Virus record (IMG/VR): IMGVR_UViG_3300035498_000179
Location: 4,941-68,940 of that record
Source of the DNA: a virus
Taxonomy: Duplodnaviria; Caudoviricetes
DNA length: 64,000 nt
Direction: 5' to 3' (one strand)
Shown here: piece by piece, positions 1 to 9,960 of the stretch
Numbering within the stretch: the stretch's first letter is position 1
How the letters are laid out: every line of letters starts with the position of its first letter
Position numbers and translations under genes: made by a program
The notes under the pieces: generated by a model
Told to the model about the DNA's origin: nothing
Seen by the model: only the letters and a program-made list of their open reading frames with translations
Database searches by the model: none

Positions 1-552
1 AAGAGCTTGCTGTTTCATGATTCTGTCTTGTTTATTGTCACTATACAACTCGTTTACGAGTTTATAATGGTACTGACTGAAAGGTACTTTTTCGAGATAA
101 TCTTCTCGTAGAGAATCTTCTATCTTTTTCAGTCGAGCGTTCTTATAATTGCTGAGCTGCATTTGCTTTTCAGTCTTACGCTGTTTATCGTGTTCACACA
201 TAGTTGTAAGTATAGCCAATTCTTTTTCAGAGAGGTCTTTATCACAGTTGAACTTGGTGTGAACATGTTCTTTTATAGTTACATCATGCGTATACTGTTT
301 TGCAGATTTTGCAGCAGCGTTCCAATTGAACTTATACTTATAACGAGATACGATTATACCGTGTCGCTTTGTGGTTACGTATTCATACATACCATTCTGT
401 TGGTTTTTTGCTTCTTTTTCAGGAATGCATGAATGTCCACTCCATTCTAACCAAGCGTTTGCTTTTGTTTTGTTATCGCGCTTTGCAAGATTCTGGCGGT
501 ATTTCGACATTTTCTTCTCGTAACGATTATATGCTATGTTTTGATTTCCCAT
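1..552 (-). CDS. Hypothetical phage protein, runs off the window edge
   Basis: ATG at 552 (MGNQNIAYNRYEKKMSKY...) with an open frame to position 1. Not in the ORF track because no stop lies in the window. Confidence 0.75.
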   Translation of the reverse strand, partial: MGNQNIAYNRYEKKMSKYRQNLAKRDNKTKANAWLEWSGHSCIPEKEAKNQQNGMYEYVTTKRHGIIVSRYKYKFNWNAAAKSAKQYTHDVTIKEHVHTKFNCDKDLSEKELAILTTMCEHDKQRKTEKQMQLSNYKNARLKKIEDSLREDYLEKVPFSQYHYKLVNELYSDNKQDRIMKQQAL

Positions 553-635
553 TTTTGATAAATTTAAATTGTTAATACTAAAATGATCTCACTGCAGTTC
601 TTATGGGATGCAGTGAGGTTCTGTTTGCTGTATAA

Positions 636-1130
636 TTAAGCGGTAAGTGTTGTCGGAGCTTCAGAATCATCAAATTCTGTTTCTTCATTAAACTTGGCAA
701 TTTTGTCTTTAAGTGCAATAATTTTCAAGTCTAATTCTCCAATTCGTGCTTTAACCCAATGTGCGGTCAAAACTTGTGTCTTATTAAGGCCTTTTTTACC
801 CTTCTTTGCTACTAAAGCAGGATTAAGGGTCTTAATCTGACCTAAACGTACTTTCATTTCCTGCAACTCACACAGACGGAATACATCTATCTGGTTACAA
901 TCTGTCGGCAAGTCACTAAACTTCTTTAAACCAAGATTGATACAAAGTAGTTTAAGCTTAACCATAATACGTTCCTCTGCTAAGGATTGGATATCTTCAT
1001 ATATCTTCTTTAAATCATATGTACGCTGGTAATTCTTATTAACGACATTCTCTACATGAATAATGTTCCAATACTTAGAAATATCTGATGAAATTTTATC
1101 ACGCTTCTCGATAAATTTGTTTGCTTTCAT
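636..1130 (-). CDS. Hypothetical protein (crAss-like early region)
   Basis: 164-aa ORF, AT-rich leader, TAA stop, co-oriented with neighbours. Confidence 0.75.
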   Translation of the reverse strand: MKANKFIEKRDKISSDISKYWNIIHVENVVNKNYQRTYDLKKIYEDIQSLAEERIMVKLKLLCINLGLKKFSDLPTDCNQIDVFRLCELQEMKVRLGQIKTLNPALVAKKGKKGLNKTQVLTAHWVKARIGELDLKIIALKDKIAKFNEETEFDDSEAPTTLTA

Positions 1131-1284
1131 TTTATATATTTGATGTTTAAATTGTTGATAATTAAGTTAAACATCTACCTGTGTAGCTATTAAGCTTAGC
1201 AACTGCATTAATAGCCTAAAAACCACTACTGCTCTCTCGAGTGGTAGTGGCAATAATCAAATAACGTAAAAGTAAAAACAATGA

Positions 1285-2040
1285 TTAAAAAAGAAATTCA
1301 TCGTGCTTCCGTTCACATCGAAGTGACAACCTATTCTTCTTCTCTAGGTCTACCTGTTTAGTTATCGTAATAACATTATCGGAAGCATAAATAATGCGTA
1401 AACACAGCCAACCAATAAAGTGTTTACGCATTATTGTTAAATTAAAGATTGATGAACTATGAAAACAGAAACTAAAGTGCCTCCAACCAAACGGCACATA
1501 TAGTTTAAGTTCCTATTTTCTTGTATTGAATTCAACAATCGCAGGGAAGCTTTCGGAACCTAAATCGACTCGGCATTGCATCCATCCATGGCCATCGAGA
1601 TTAATTCCTTTTCCGCTTTTTGCAGGCTGCGGAGTGTCCTGTTTGTATCTAAGCCGTAGTATGCTGTTCTCGTTAAAGAACATTGTATAGGCCAAGAGGA
1701 GTTCAATTACTTCATCTTTACGATTCTCTTTAAGTACTTTATCAACCGTTTCTTTGATAATTCCAACCAAGCTATCATCGTCACGATTTGTACCATTGCT
1801 TGTAATAGCCGAAGCTATACGTACTGTTACATCCACGAAAGACATATCCTTATAGTAATCGAAGAGCTTACAAATCCATCCATATTTGCTCTTCTGGAAC
1901 CGTAAGGATCCATCGCTTTGGACAATTACTACATCTGACCGTACTCCATCCAAACGTACTGCAGATGCAATTATTGGGTCCATTAATAACAGTTCAAGCA
2001 TTTTCAGATGCTGGGCATCTATAGGCTTGCTGTCGTACAT
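1285..2040 (-). CDS. Hypothetical protein: 175 aa if TAG at 1513-1515 is a stop, 251 aa if read as Gln
   Basis: ORFs 1513..2040 and 1285..1497 are in the same frame and separated only by this TAG. Confidence 0.55.
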
Positions 2041-2056
2041 AAGTGCGTAAATTTAA

Positions 2057-2632
2057 TTACTCACCAAGAGACTCGTAGTACGCCTGAGTATCATCCTGGG
2101 TAGCCTTATTAATGATCTCCAGAGATGAACCCTGCGCCATCAGCTCATCCACCATGCTGATGATCGCATTACGCGTGTTGTTGTTCTCGGCAGTAACTAC
2201 ATCAGTTACCATCTTAACATTATAGAACGGTGTACGCTCCTTAGTGGCTGCATACTTCCGTAATGCTTCGTAGACATCCTCAGTGGTAGCATTTGTGATG
2301 TTACCGATGTCTGACTTCAGGTCAAACTGCAGCTCGGGGTTACCATTGAACTGAATCATAACCTGATCATTAATATTCTTTACGATATCGACCGACAGAA
2401 TATCTACGGTTTCAACCATACACTTCTTCAACGGCTTGTTAGTGGCCAGGCCAGTAACTTCGCCCTTAACCTTGCGAGTGTAATTCAAATCAAGGTTATC
2501 ACAAATCGGGCAGACAATGCGTCGACCGATAAGAGTCTGTCCAAACATTACGATCTTCTGCCGTAAGTTTGCTATTTCACTTTGTGTAAACTTCTCAGGG
2601 TGTGTAAATACACTTTCAGAAACTGTCTTCAT
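2057..2632 (-). CDS. Hypothetical protein
   Basis: 191-aa ORF, TAA stop, typical codon usage. Confidence 0.75.
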   Translation of the reverse strand: MKTVSESVFTHPEKFTQSEIANLRQKIVMFGQTLIGRRIVCPICDNLDLNYTRKVKGEVTGLATNKPLKKCMVETVDILSVDIVKNINDQVMIQFNGNPELQFDLKSDIGNITNATTEDVYEALRKYAATKERTPFYNVKMVTDVVTAENNNTRNAIISMVDELMAQGSSLEIINKATQDDTQAYYESLGE

Positions 2633-2639
2633 AACTTAT

Positions 2640-4615
2640 TTCCTTTCTTTTGATTAAAATGTTGATAAACTAGGGTTAATTAAGTTGTCGGTATCGAGCC
2701 CATTTACGGTAGTGGTAAGTCGCTTATTGACTTCGTTTAATTTAAACTTCAAATGCCACTAATTGTATTCAAACAATATGAACTCGATAGAACGAATTTA
2801 GTCTGATAATATTTGTTATAGACTGATAAAATTTGTTTTTAGGTCTCGGCAACATAATTACAAGGCTTTTGCATAATTACTAGAGCGTAACGATTTTCGT
2901 TACTCAGCATTCCCCGTAGGACTTTACTTCACTAGACAAGTGAGTCAGCTGTTCTTCATTACTAATTTGTTGCTTAAACGTGAGTTATATAGTTAACTAC
3001 TCAAGACTATCTACTAGTCCACACTTAAAGAAATGCGACGGGACTCCAACGGTAGGAGATGTATACCCATCCTAGATAGTATAACTGTTAACTATTGCGA
3101 CACTGATTATTTAACGAGCCTAACAGGTCTGCAACCGTGCTCGGTTCCTGTTATAGTAAGGAGTACTGTGCTATCTTACAGCTTACAACTGCTGGTTGAT
3201 TATCGGTTACACATTACCGGTTTTATTGAGCTGTTTATGTTTCAAAACACCCACTCGTATAGTTTACTCTATAGCGTGTACTTACGACTTTGTTCTTATT
3301 CTGCACGACCATTTGCGGATTTCCACCGCTCAGCTAGTAAGCAAGTATAAATGAATACTTACGGTTTGCGTCAACGTCTTTTAGGCACATATTTGCGTAT
3401 GTGCTTTACTGAGTGTCTATGTCAGTATGGCAATGCACAGAGAAGAGATCATCCTGTGCATTCACGCATCTCACTGCGCTCTGTACAGTCGAGGGTGGCT
3501 CGGAGAAGGCTTTCAATCGAGTTACTTGCCAAAACCTACCATTGAACTTCCTCATTGGTTAGTTAATAATGTTAATTGTCACTTGTTTGGTATAGCTGTT
3601 GTCAGCAGCGTGGTATAGAATGGGCTTACATATAAATCCGTCGCTTCCCGCTAAGGCTGCCACTCTTGCAATACGCCGTCATATAACGGTTTCGTGCTAC
3701 CCTAAATAATTGTTTCATGTAGACGTTCTGGGTGAACGGCATCAACAATTAAGTGCACCTTTATAGCAAAAGGTACGAACTCTGATGATGAGGGGTCAAC
3801 CAGCCATCACTGGTCTTCAAATAAACTAAACATTTATGCTATCCTGTTTAGGTCGAAATAGCGTTATCGTGCGCTTCATCCACTAGTCATTTTATCTCCG
3901 GGGCAAAGCCACAACTAGAGTTAATCAGATAAATGACAACTGATTTTGTTTTATCGTTACTTAGTACACACATTCCTTATAGTTAAAGAACGCGTTCTTG
4001 CAAACGCCTTTATGTTGCGCAGTCTAGAGACATCCAATTTACTACTCACTTTGTCACTCTATCCCTCCGTTTACACGGTAATACAAGCTTAGGATTAGCC
4101 TTTCGGCATTGGATTATAGGTTATACCTACTCAAACATAAATAGTGCTATAATGATAAAGTTACTGCCTTCATATATACCGCTTATGTACGCATTAAGTC
4201 ACAACTTGACTGTACATAATATAGTATAGAACACTACAGAGCATTTTTGTACCTTATAGATACAGGGGAGTTTGGAGCTACCCTAAAGTATGTGCAACAG
4301 CTGAGCTTTGGTGACTCGGCTGTACCGTTTAATACTCCTTTCTGATTCAAATGCTGATGCATCTGCGAGTATCTTAAGAGGTTCGGTGAGCCCCTTGCAT
4401 AGTTTAGCTCTGTAATCAGCTGATTACTCGCTGCGTCTCTGAAATCACCAGTCGGTTCTCATTTCGTCGGGTAATGCACGCTGACCCGCTTTCGTGCTGC
4501 TTTTTCAGTCTATTAGCAGCGTATAGACACAACACGTTATTATACCTTCGTTCACTTAGCATAGTAGTAGCTATGACTCAAGCCTCCAGTATTATGTGCT
4601 GCCCAACTAATCTCC
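2640..4615 (-). ncRNA. Candidate large structured non-coding RNA region
   Basis: About 2 kb with no convincing ORF. On the minus strand it has many hairpins, several with GNRA loops, and two H-type pseudoknots (3085-3143, 4468-4497). Confidence 0.35.
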
Positions 4616-4619
4616 TACA

Positions 4620-4988
4620 TTAGTTGGCAAGAGACAGTGATTTAGGCATCTCTGTCTTTAAGACACTCGTACAACTGACTGTCTTCTGTCTCATAGGTCT
4701 CGTTTCTCGAACTTTAACATAAACAGGTCTGTCTACAGTTTTAGTTCGATAGATGATGCTATCCCTTTTCTGGATAGTTACTACGACATTCTGTTCTATA
4801 CCTTCTGCTGAGACGGTATTATTGTTCAAGTTAATGTCGAAAGTTGCCTGTGATTGTCGAGGTACGTCCGTAAATCTTGGGACGATTACTTCGTGAGCGG
4901 TGGAGGTTGTCGATAAATCAGACATAAAACCAATATAACCACCGATAGTTAGCATTGCTAACGTCAATAAAGTATTTACCTTTTTCAT
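4620..4988 (-). CDS. Secreted or membrane-anchored hypothetical protein
   Basis: 122 aa with an N-terminal hydrophobic signal-like segment. Confidence 0.7.
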   Translation of the reverse strand: MKKVNTLLTLAMLTIGGYIGFMSDLSTTSTAHEVIVPRFTDVPRQSQATFDINLNNNTVSAEGIEQNVVVTIQKRDSIIYRTKTVDRPVYVKVRETRPMRQKTVSCTSVLKTEMPKSLSLAN

Positions 4989-5008
4989 TTGATATGTTTT
5001 GAAGTTAA

Positions 5009-6682
5009 TTACTTCGACGCATACGCAGACTTCTCAATGTAGAATAACGGAGCACCAATCTTATTACCATGATAGAGAGCAATAATTTGCTTCATCTGGG
5101 TCTTCAGTGACTTGTTATCCATATCAGTACCATACGCTAACTTCACATAGTTAATTACCTTTGCAGGATTAATGTGTGAGTCAGTAATGCCGATGTTCTT
5201 ATAATCCTTAGTAAGACAGATCTTCTTAAGGTTCTTCTCGTAGTTCTTATCGTCTTCCTTCAGGTCTACTATACGATTGATCAGGTCGTCATTAGCATCA
5301 CTGATGAGATTACTATAAGTACCAACAAGCTTATCGAACGCGACATTTTCATGCTGAGCTTTGTCAGCGATACCTCGTGATACAAATACTTGTACCATCT
5401 GAGAAATCTGTTTGTCGTCATACTGCGGGAACTTTGTCTTTAACCATGCGTGAGCAGGGATAATAGAGTGGTTTTCCTGCAGATTCTTAAATACTGCGTT
5501 AGTGAATCCAAGCATTAATGTGCTAGGAGTACTATTCAGCTTATCGAAGATGATTGCCAATATCTGTGCAGTAGGTGCATCTTTCAAGTCGAATGCGGCA
5601 CGTGCGAAATCAACTGCATTCTGCAAGTTAGTTGACATACCGTTCTTCATCTTTAAGATGGAGCGTAAAGCATTTACTTTCTCTTCCTCTGTTGTACAGG
5701 TAGATGCTTCAGGGACAGCAGTAATTGTCTTTACTTTTGCATCTGCGGCAAGGGCATCTTTAGTTTCCTGGGGTGCATTTTCAATAGACTTCTTGAAGTC
5801 TAATTCGAGCTGACCATCAGGAGTCTTAGTACCAAGTAATTTAGTACCAAGCAGTTCATTACCAGCGGCGCGGATTTCTTCAAATATTTGCTGATTCAGC
5901 TTAATGCCGGCTGTTTCTGCGTTGCGGGTAATTTGGTTATTCCACTGGTCGATCAGTACGAACAGCATTACATCTACTTGCTTACCAGTGGACTTATGCA
6001 ATTCATTGAGACCTTCCTTAGTATACTCCTCGCGACGCTTCTGCAAAGCGCTCAGCAAGTCAATACTATGGTTAGCATCAATTGCATCAGTATTTGATGC
6101 ACTAGGGATTGAAAGTACCGGTGCAGGCTTCTTTTCAGGCTCTTCAACTACCTCAGGTGTAATAACCTCATCCTTCTTAGAAGGCTTTTTAGGCTGTTTC
6201 TCTGCCTTTTTAGTAGCAGGCTTAGCAGGCTTCTCTTCCTTCTTAGGCTCTTCTGCGGGCTCTTCAGAGGCCTTTGCAGCTGCTTCTTCAAGCATCTGTT
6301 CTTTTGTCTTAGTGGGAGCAATGTTAACAGGGTTTACAACACCTGTGCGGATGCGTTCTACATCAATTCCATCACCTTCTTTAACACAAGTTACAGGATA
6401 CTTGAGACTGAAAGGCTCACCAGTTTCGGTATTCTTCCAGTTCTCGATAATGTTCTCGATCTTCTTAGCATCCTTCTCAATCTTCCAATTGATACACATC
6501 ATGTGAGGATGCTTACGAAATGCGACAGCCTTCTGATAAACTGTTGCGTTATCAGGAATCTTCGGAGTTTCTTCCTTCTTAGGTTCCTCTGTTGCTTTGG
6601 CAGGAGTAGCTACTGCTTTTGTTTTAACTGTTGCCAAAGTCTTTGCTGATGCGGTCTTCCCGCCTTTGTTTTTCTTACTCAT
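5009..6682 (-). CDS. Large hypothetical protein with a Lys/Glu/Pro-rich N-terminal region
   Basis: 557-aa ORF, no internal TAG, TAA stop. Confidence 0.8.
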   Translation of the reverse strand: MSKKNKGGKTASAKTLATVKTKAVATPAKATEEPKKEETPKIPDNATVYQKAVAFRKHPHMMCINWKIEKDAKKIENIIENWKNTETGEPFSLKYPVTCVKEGDGIDVERIRTGVVNPVNIAPTKTKEQMLEEAAAKASEEPAEEPKKEEKPAKPATKKAEKQPKKPSKKDEVITPEVVEEPEKKPAPVLSIPSASNTDAIDANHSIDLLSALQKRREEYTKEGLNELHKSTGKQVDVMLFVLIDQWNNQITRNAETAGIKLNQQIFEEIRAAGNELLGTKLLGTKTPDGQLELDFKKSIENAPQETKDALAADAKVKTITAVPEASTCTTEEEKVNALRSILKMKNGMSTNLQNAVDFARAAFDLKDAPTAQILAIIFDKLNSTPSTLMLGFTNAVFKNLQENHSIIPAHAWLKTKFPQYDDKQISQMVQVFVSRGIADKAQHENVAFDKLVGTYSNLISDANDDLINRIVDLKEDDKNYEKNLKKICLTKDYKNIGITDSHINPAKVINYVKLAYGTDMDNKSLKTQMKQIIALYHGNKIGAPLFYIEKSAYASK

Positions 6683-6756
6683 AATTTTGATAATTTTAAA
6701 GAGTTATAAACTTGATGAATTCTGTTATTACTTAATATTGCTTCCGATTTGGAAGC

Positions 6757-7104
6757 TCAGGAATCATCGATAATTTCGCTTGTTATTGGCTGTGTAGGAA
6801 AGTGATTAGTGTTAGTTACTACAGTGTCACCAGTAGCTGTATCCTGACCTGTCACCGATGTGTCTTCAACTGTCTCTACAATAGCAGAGGAAGGCTGTGA
6901 CATGGGAGTTACTGCTGTAGTGACTACCACATTACTGGGAAGTTCCTTCTTTGCGTTTGCAACCGCATGTTGGAACCCCATACCTACAACAAAGCCAAAC
7001 AAGATGCAACTGACTAAGTTAGTATACATCTTAGGATTCTTATGCATTCTTGCGAATACAAAAGAAATCAATGCTGCAATGAGCAAATAAATAAAGCTTG
7101 ACAT
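6757..7104 (-). CDS. Membrane protein (two TM helices, Thr-rich tail)
   Basis: 115 aa with two hydrophobic stretches at the N-terminus. Confidence 0.7.
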   Translation of the reverse strand: MSSFIYLLIAALISFVFARMHKNPKMYTNLVSCILFGFVVGMGFQHAVANAKKELPSNVVVTTAVTPMSQPSSAIVETVEDTSVTGQDTATGDTVVTNTNHFPTQPITSEIIDDS

Positions 7105-7122
7105 TGTTATTGATATTATCTG

Positions 7123-7668
7123 TTAATAATTTATTTTTTGCTTTAGCTTTTGTCTGGCTTTATTGAGGATACATTTTACTGTATTCTCTTTCAGACCAAA
7201 CTTGATAGCAATATCTTTGTAGGACATATTATCAATACGTGCATTTAGCAAGTCTCGATATTCCTTTTTAAGTGTTGGTATAGTCTTTAATGCTCTATCT
7301 AACATTTCACTGATTGCGTATTCATCTTCTGGGTCGATTACGTTGTCAGGTAGTTGAATAGGATTATCTTCATCATCGATGTAAGCATCATACTTTTCAC
7401 GCTTGGTATGTCTGATGAAATCTATAGCATTATTGACAGCTATTGTCTTTAACCACATCTCAAATGAGATATGATCTGTATAAGTGTTTAATTTACTGTA
7501 CGCTTTTGCAAATGTATCTGCAACTAAATCATCGGTAAGATCTATATTTCGTACAATCCCATATATAATATATCTGATTAAACCCTTATATTGCTTGTAT
7601 AGCTTTGAAAAGGCTAAGTCATTGCCACTCTTTGCTTGATCTACAAGAGTTATTAATTCTTGTGTCAT
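7123..7668 (-). CDS. ECF (RpoE-like) RNA polymerase sigma factor
   Basis: Region 2 (AKSGNDLAFSKLY...DDLVADTFAKAY...FEMWLKTIAVNNAIDFIR) and region 4 HTH (MSYKDIAIKFGLKENTVKCILNKARQKLK). 181 aa, no TAG. Confidence 0.9.
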   Translation of the reverse strand: MTQELITLVDQAKSGNDLAFSKLYKQYKGLIRYIIYGIVRNIDLTDDLVADTFAKAYSKLNTYTDHISFEMWLKTIAVNNAIDFIRHTKREKYDAYIDDEDNPIQLPDNVIDPEDEYAISEMLDRALKTIPTLKKEYRDLLNARIDNMSYKDIAIKFGLKENTVKCILNKARQKLKQKINY

Positions 7669-7725
7669 AGGCTAAAAGTATTAATGTAGTGGCTAGTAAC
7701 CAACCCAATGATTACTAGCCTTGTG

Positions 7726-8199
7726 TTAAAATGGGAGTTTTTCAATCTCTGTGCAATAGTAAGTACTAATTGCAAAGCAACGTCTATAGAACAAATCTGT
7801 TAGATGTTGTCTCCATTCTTCTTTTTCTTCATTTGTTAGACCAACTACTGCATCATGTGTGCACATATTTGCAGCTATTCTAAGTCGAACAAAACGAGTA
7901 TTTATGCTTGTTAAGCGGTTATTCATTAGATCTTCTAGGAGCGGAGCCCATAATCTTCTGTTTATCCATTTAACGGTTTGCATATTTGTTTTATTCCAGA
8001 TAATCTTACTTGATAAAGAATCTGGTATTACAGCAGTATCTTCTATTATACTATCTGCTTTACCTAAGTATTCTACATTAGGTAAGTTATTGATAGTTTT
8101 AGGATTACTGTCATAAACTAAATCTAAGTGAAACTGATATTTTGGAGTATCAGCAAGTCTGTCATTTAAGTTTTTTATAAGCTCTTTGAAAGTACACAT
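7726..8199 (-). CDS. Hypothetical protein
   Basis: 157-aa ORF coupled to the upstream gene (TAATG overlap at 8199). Confidence 0.7.
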   Translation of the reverse strand: MCTFKELIKNLNDRLADTPKYQFHLDLVYDSNPKTINNLPNVEYLGKADSIIEDTAVIPDSLSSKIIWNKTNMQTVKWINRRLWAPLLEDLMNNRLTSINTRFVRLRIAANMCTHDAVVGLTNEEKEEWRQHLTDLFYRRCFAISTYYCTEIEKLPF

Positions 8200-8648
8200 T
8201 ATGCCATATGTTTGAGTCTGTTAATGATGTTAGTTATGACAAAATTTGCTTGATTCAATTTGAGCTTATAGTTGGTCATTGCATATATAACTGTTTTACG
8301 CCATGCAAGATCTTTACCAGCAGGTAATATGTCTTGATAGAACTTAGTTATGTTTTCTCTAGCTTCATCTGTAATGTCAGCTTTTTCAAATGCATAAGAT
8401 ACATCAGTATCTTCAAGTATTGCATCTGATGTAGATGGTTTAGAGAAGATATAATTTTCAGGATACTGCATAATAGTCATAACTTCAATAGAATCCTTAC
8501 TAAGTTCTCTAGCAACACCAGTTTTATAGAAATGGTTTAAATCGATTGCGCCCATTACTACCAGCATTGGGGATGTACCACTTAATCTAAGAAGTACATT
8601 GATGTTTGCGCCTTTTGCAATCCAAAGACCTTCTTTTAACTCAGTCAT
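8199..8648 (-). CDS. Hypothetical protein
   Basis: 149-aa ORF in an operon-like run. Confidence 0.7.
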   Translation of the reverse strand: MTELKEGLWIAKGANINVLLRLSGTSPMLVVMGAIDLNHFYKTGVARELSKDSIEVMTIMQYPENYIFSKPSTSDAILEDTDVSYAFEKADITDEARENITKFYQDILPAGKDLAWRKTVIYAMTNYKLKLNQANFVITNIINRLKHMA

Positions 8649-8654
8649 AATTTA

Positions 8655-8843
8655 TTATTTTTGATTTTCTTCAATTAAATTTTTGAATCTTGAATATACT
8701 ATCGCAGCTTCAGCATTATTTATGTTGAATGCCTTAGATACTTCTTTGCAGAACTCAAATCTAGGTAAACCTTTTTCAATTATAGAATTGAGTAATTCAC
8801 GTTCACCAGGTTTGGTCCATTTAACATACTGAATTATTTCCAT
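8655..8843 (-). CDS. Small hypothetical protein
   Basis: 62 aa, tightly packed with neighbours. Confidence 0.6.
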   Translation of the reverse strand: MEIIQYVKWTKPGERELLNSIIEKGLPRFEFCKEVSKAFNINNAEAAIVYSRFKNLIEENQK

Positions 8844-9115
8844 GATTCTTCTAATTTGTAGATTTTGAAAGCTATTTGTCGCCAGTATTGAGGACCTTCT
8901 TTGGTTTTATCTGGATTAATCACTCTATCTATAGGGTGTACTCTAAAACCAAGTTTAATATTCTCCAATCCGCGTTTCCAATTACGACTCCCTTTCATTG
9001 TATAAGGAGTTTGATCATACAGATAGTTAACAAAAGCAGTTAACTTTTTTTCTTCTCTGAGGACTTGGTCCCAAGAGGGTGGCAAATTTGCAATAATTGC
9101 TTTTTTAAGTGACAT
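8834..9115 (-). CDS. Hypothetical protein
   Basis: 93 aa, overlaps its neighbours by a few nt. Confidence 0.6.
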   Translation of the reverse strand: MSLKKAIIANLPPSWDQVLREEKKLTAFVNYLYDQTPYTMKGSRNWKRGLENIKLGFRVHPIDRVINPDKTKEGPQYWRQIAFKIYKLEESWK

Positions 9116-9425
9116 ATCTTTTAAATTGATGTTCTATATTACCAATACGTATTATTACTTCAGACCAATTGCTATCATGGGTTATGAAATCTCGGATTTC
9201 CCGGATATGTTCCATACTTTTGCTGCTATTTTCATTTCCACGATCATCAATCATGTTGAACCAACCTATCCATGATTTTCCGTTTGTGTTTCGCACAATG
9301 ACTTGTACATGAATATACCAGAAAGCAACGTGCACTCGGTATAGCATACTTCGGAATTTTAGTATATTCTTAGTTATGCCTGTGTTCGTTAGTGCATGTT
9401 TTGTATGTCTACCGCGATTACTCAT
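9105..9425 (-). CDS. Hypothetical protein (likely start MSNRGRH at 9425)
   Basis: In-frame ATG at 9425 overlaps the end of the upstream ORF. Confidence 0.55.
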   Translation of the reverse strand: MSNRGRHTKHALTNTGITKNILKFRSMLYRVHVAFWYIHVQVIVRNTNGKSWIGWFNMIDDRGNENSSKSMEHIREIRDFITHDSNWSEVIIRIGNIEHQFKRYVT

Positions 9426-9630
9426 AACTTTTCCACGCGCTGTAATTGCTTTCACGAATAGAATGTTCAAGTGACCAAAGCGTTGCTAATGCTCTGTCAA
9501 TACGTAATGTAATTTCAATGTCAGTGGTTTGTCTTCTCAATTGTTTTAATCGACCAGACATCTGTGCTACTACACCTAATGAAAGGTTGCGTACACAGGT
9601 TCTTTTTTGATTTTCTGTTTTTGTTGCCAT
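9418..9630 (-). CDS. Small hypothetical protein
   Basis: 70 aa; first ORF downstream of the tmRNA locus. Confidence 0.55.
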   Translation of the reverse strand: MATKTENQKRTCVRNLSLGVVAQMSGRLKQLRRQTTDIEITLRIDRALATLWSLEHSIRESNYSAWKSYE

Positions 9631-9669
9631 TTTAATTCGAATTAAAAGTTTGATACTAGTAAATAATTG

Positions 9670-9715
9670 TGTGAGGGAGGGATTTGAACCCTCCTTTCAG
9701 TAAGCCAACCTCACC
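9670..9715 (-). ncRNA. tRNA-like mini-element (acceptor-type stem plus T-arm, no D or anticodon arm)
   Basis: Minus strand reads GGUGAGG-15 nt-GAGGG UUCAAAU CCCUC-CCUCACA: a 6-bp acceptor-like stem and a canonical T-arm. Confidence 0.55.
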
Positions 9716-9960
9716 CAGCTTTATACGACATTAGCTTAGCCGTGCTATACTTGTATCACGCAGCGATACGAGTATAGTCTGTTACAAAAGTGTTGCCAAT
9801 TATGGCGTTATGACCTATTCATTATGTCGATGTCACCCGTCAAAACCACAATGCCCCTTTGTAGGATATCGTGGAGCATGAGGGATTCGAACCCTCGTCC
9901 GAACGATTGCATAATGACCTAACAGTCATAGTAGCCTAGGGGGCGATCAAACCCCCTAGA
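9716..9960 (-). ncRNA. ssrA: Circularly permuted (two-piece) tmRNA, predicted tag (A)GNTFVTDYTRIAA
   Basis: The acceptor piece GGAC-GAGGG UUCGAAU CCCUC-AUGCUCC-A (ends 9872) precedes a 14-nt spacer and the 5' end GGGGCAU-UGUGGUUUUGAC (starts 9857). It has the G3.U70 Ala determinant. P2 pairs 9819-9826 with 9910-9917 and 9809-9814 with 9925-9930. The tag frame 9797-9756 follows AUAAUU and ends in Ala-Ala-TGA. Confidence 0.85.

Noticed and set aside
3085-3143. Pistol ribozyme (stem followed by UUAAAUA and a pseudoknot)
   Set aside because: The pseudoknot is present, but the conserved GCG and the P2/P3 GU cleavage context are missing.
3033-3618. Plus-strand ORFs of 63-105 aa in the 2-kb gap
   Set aside because: They oppose the local transcription direction, have atypical composition, and overlap hairpins better explained at the RNA level.
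9872-9900. Stand-alone tRNA-Ala fragment
   Set aside because: Its partner strand GGGGCAU lies downstream with the tmRNA GGUUUUGAC motif and a tag ORF, so a permuted tmRNA fits better.
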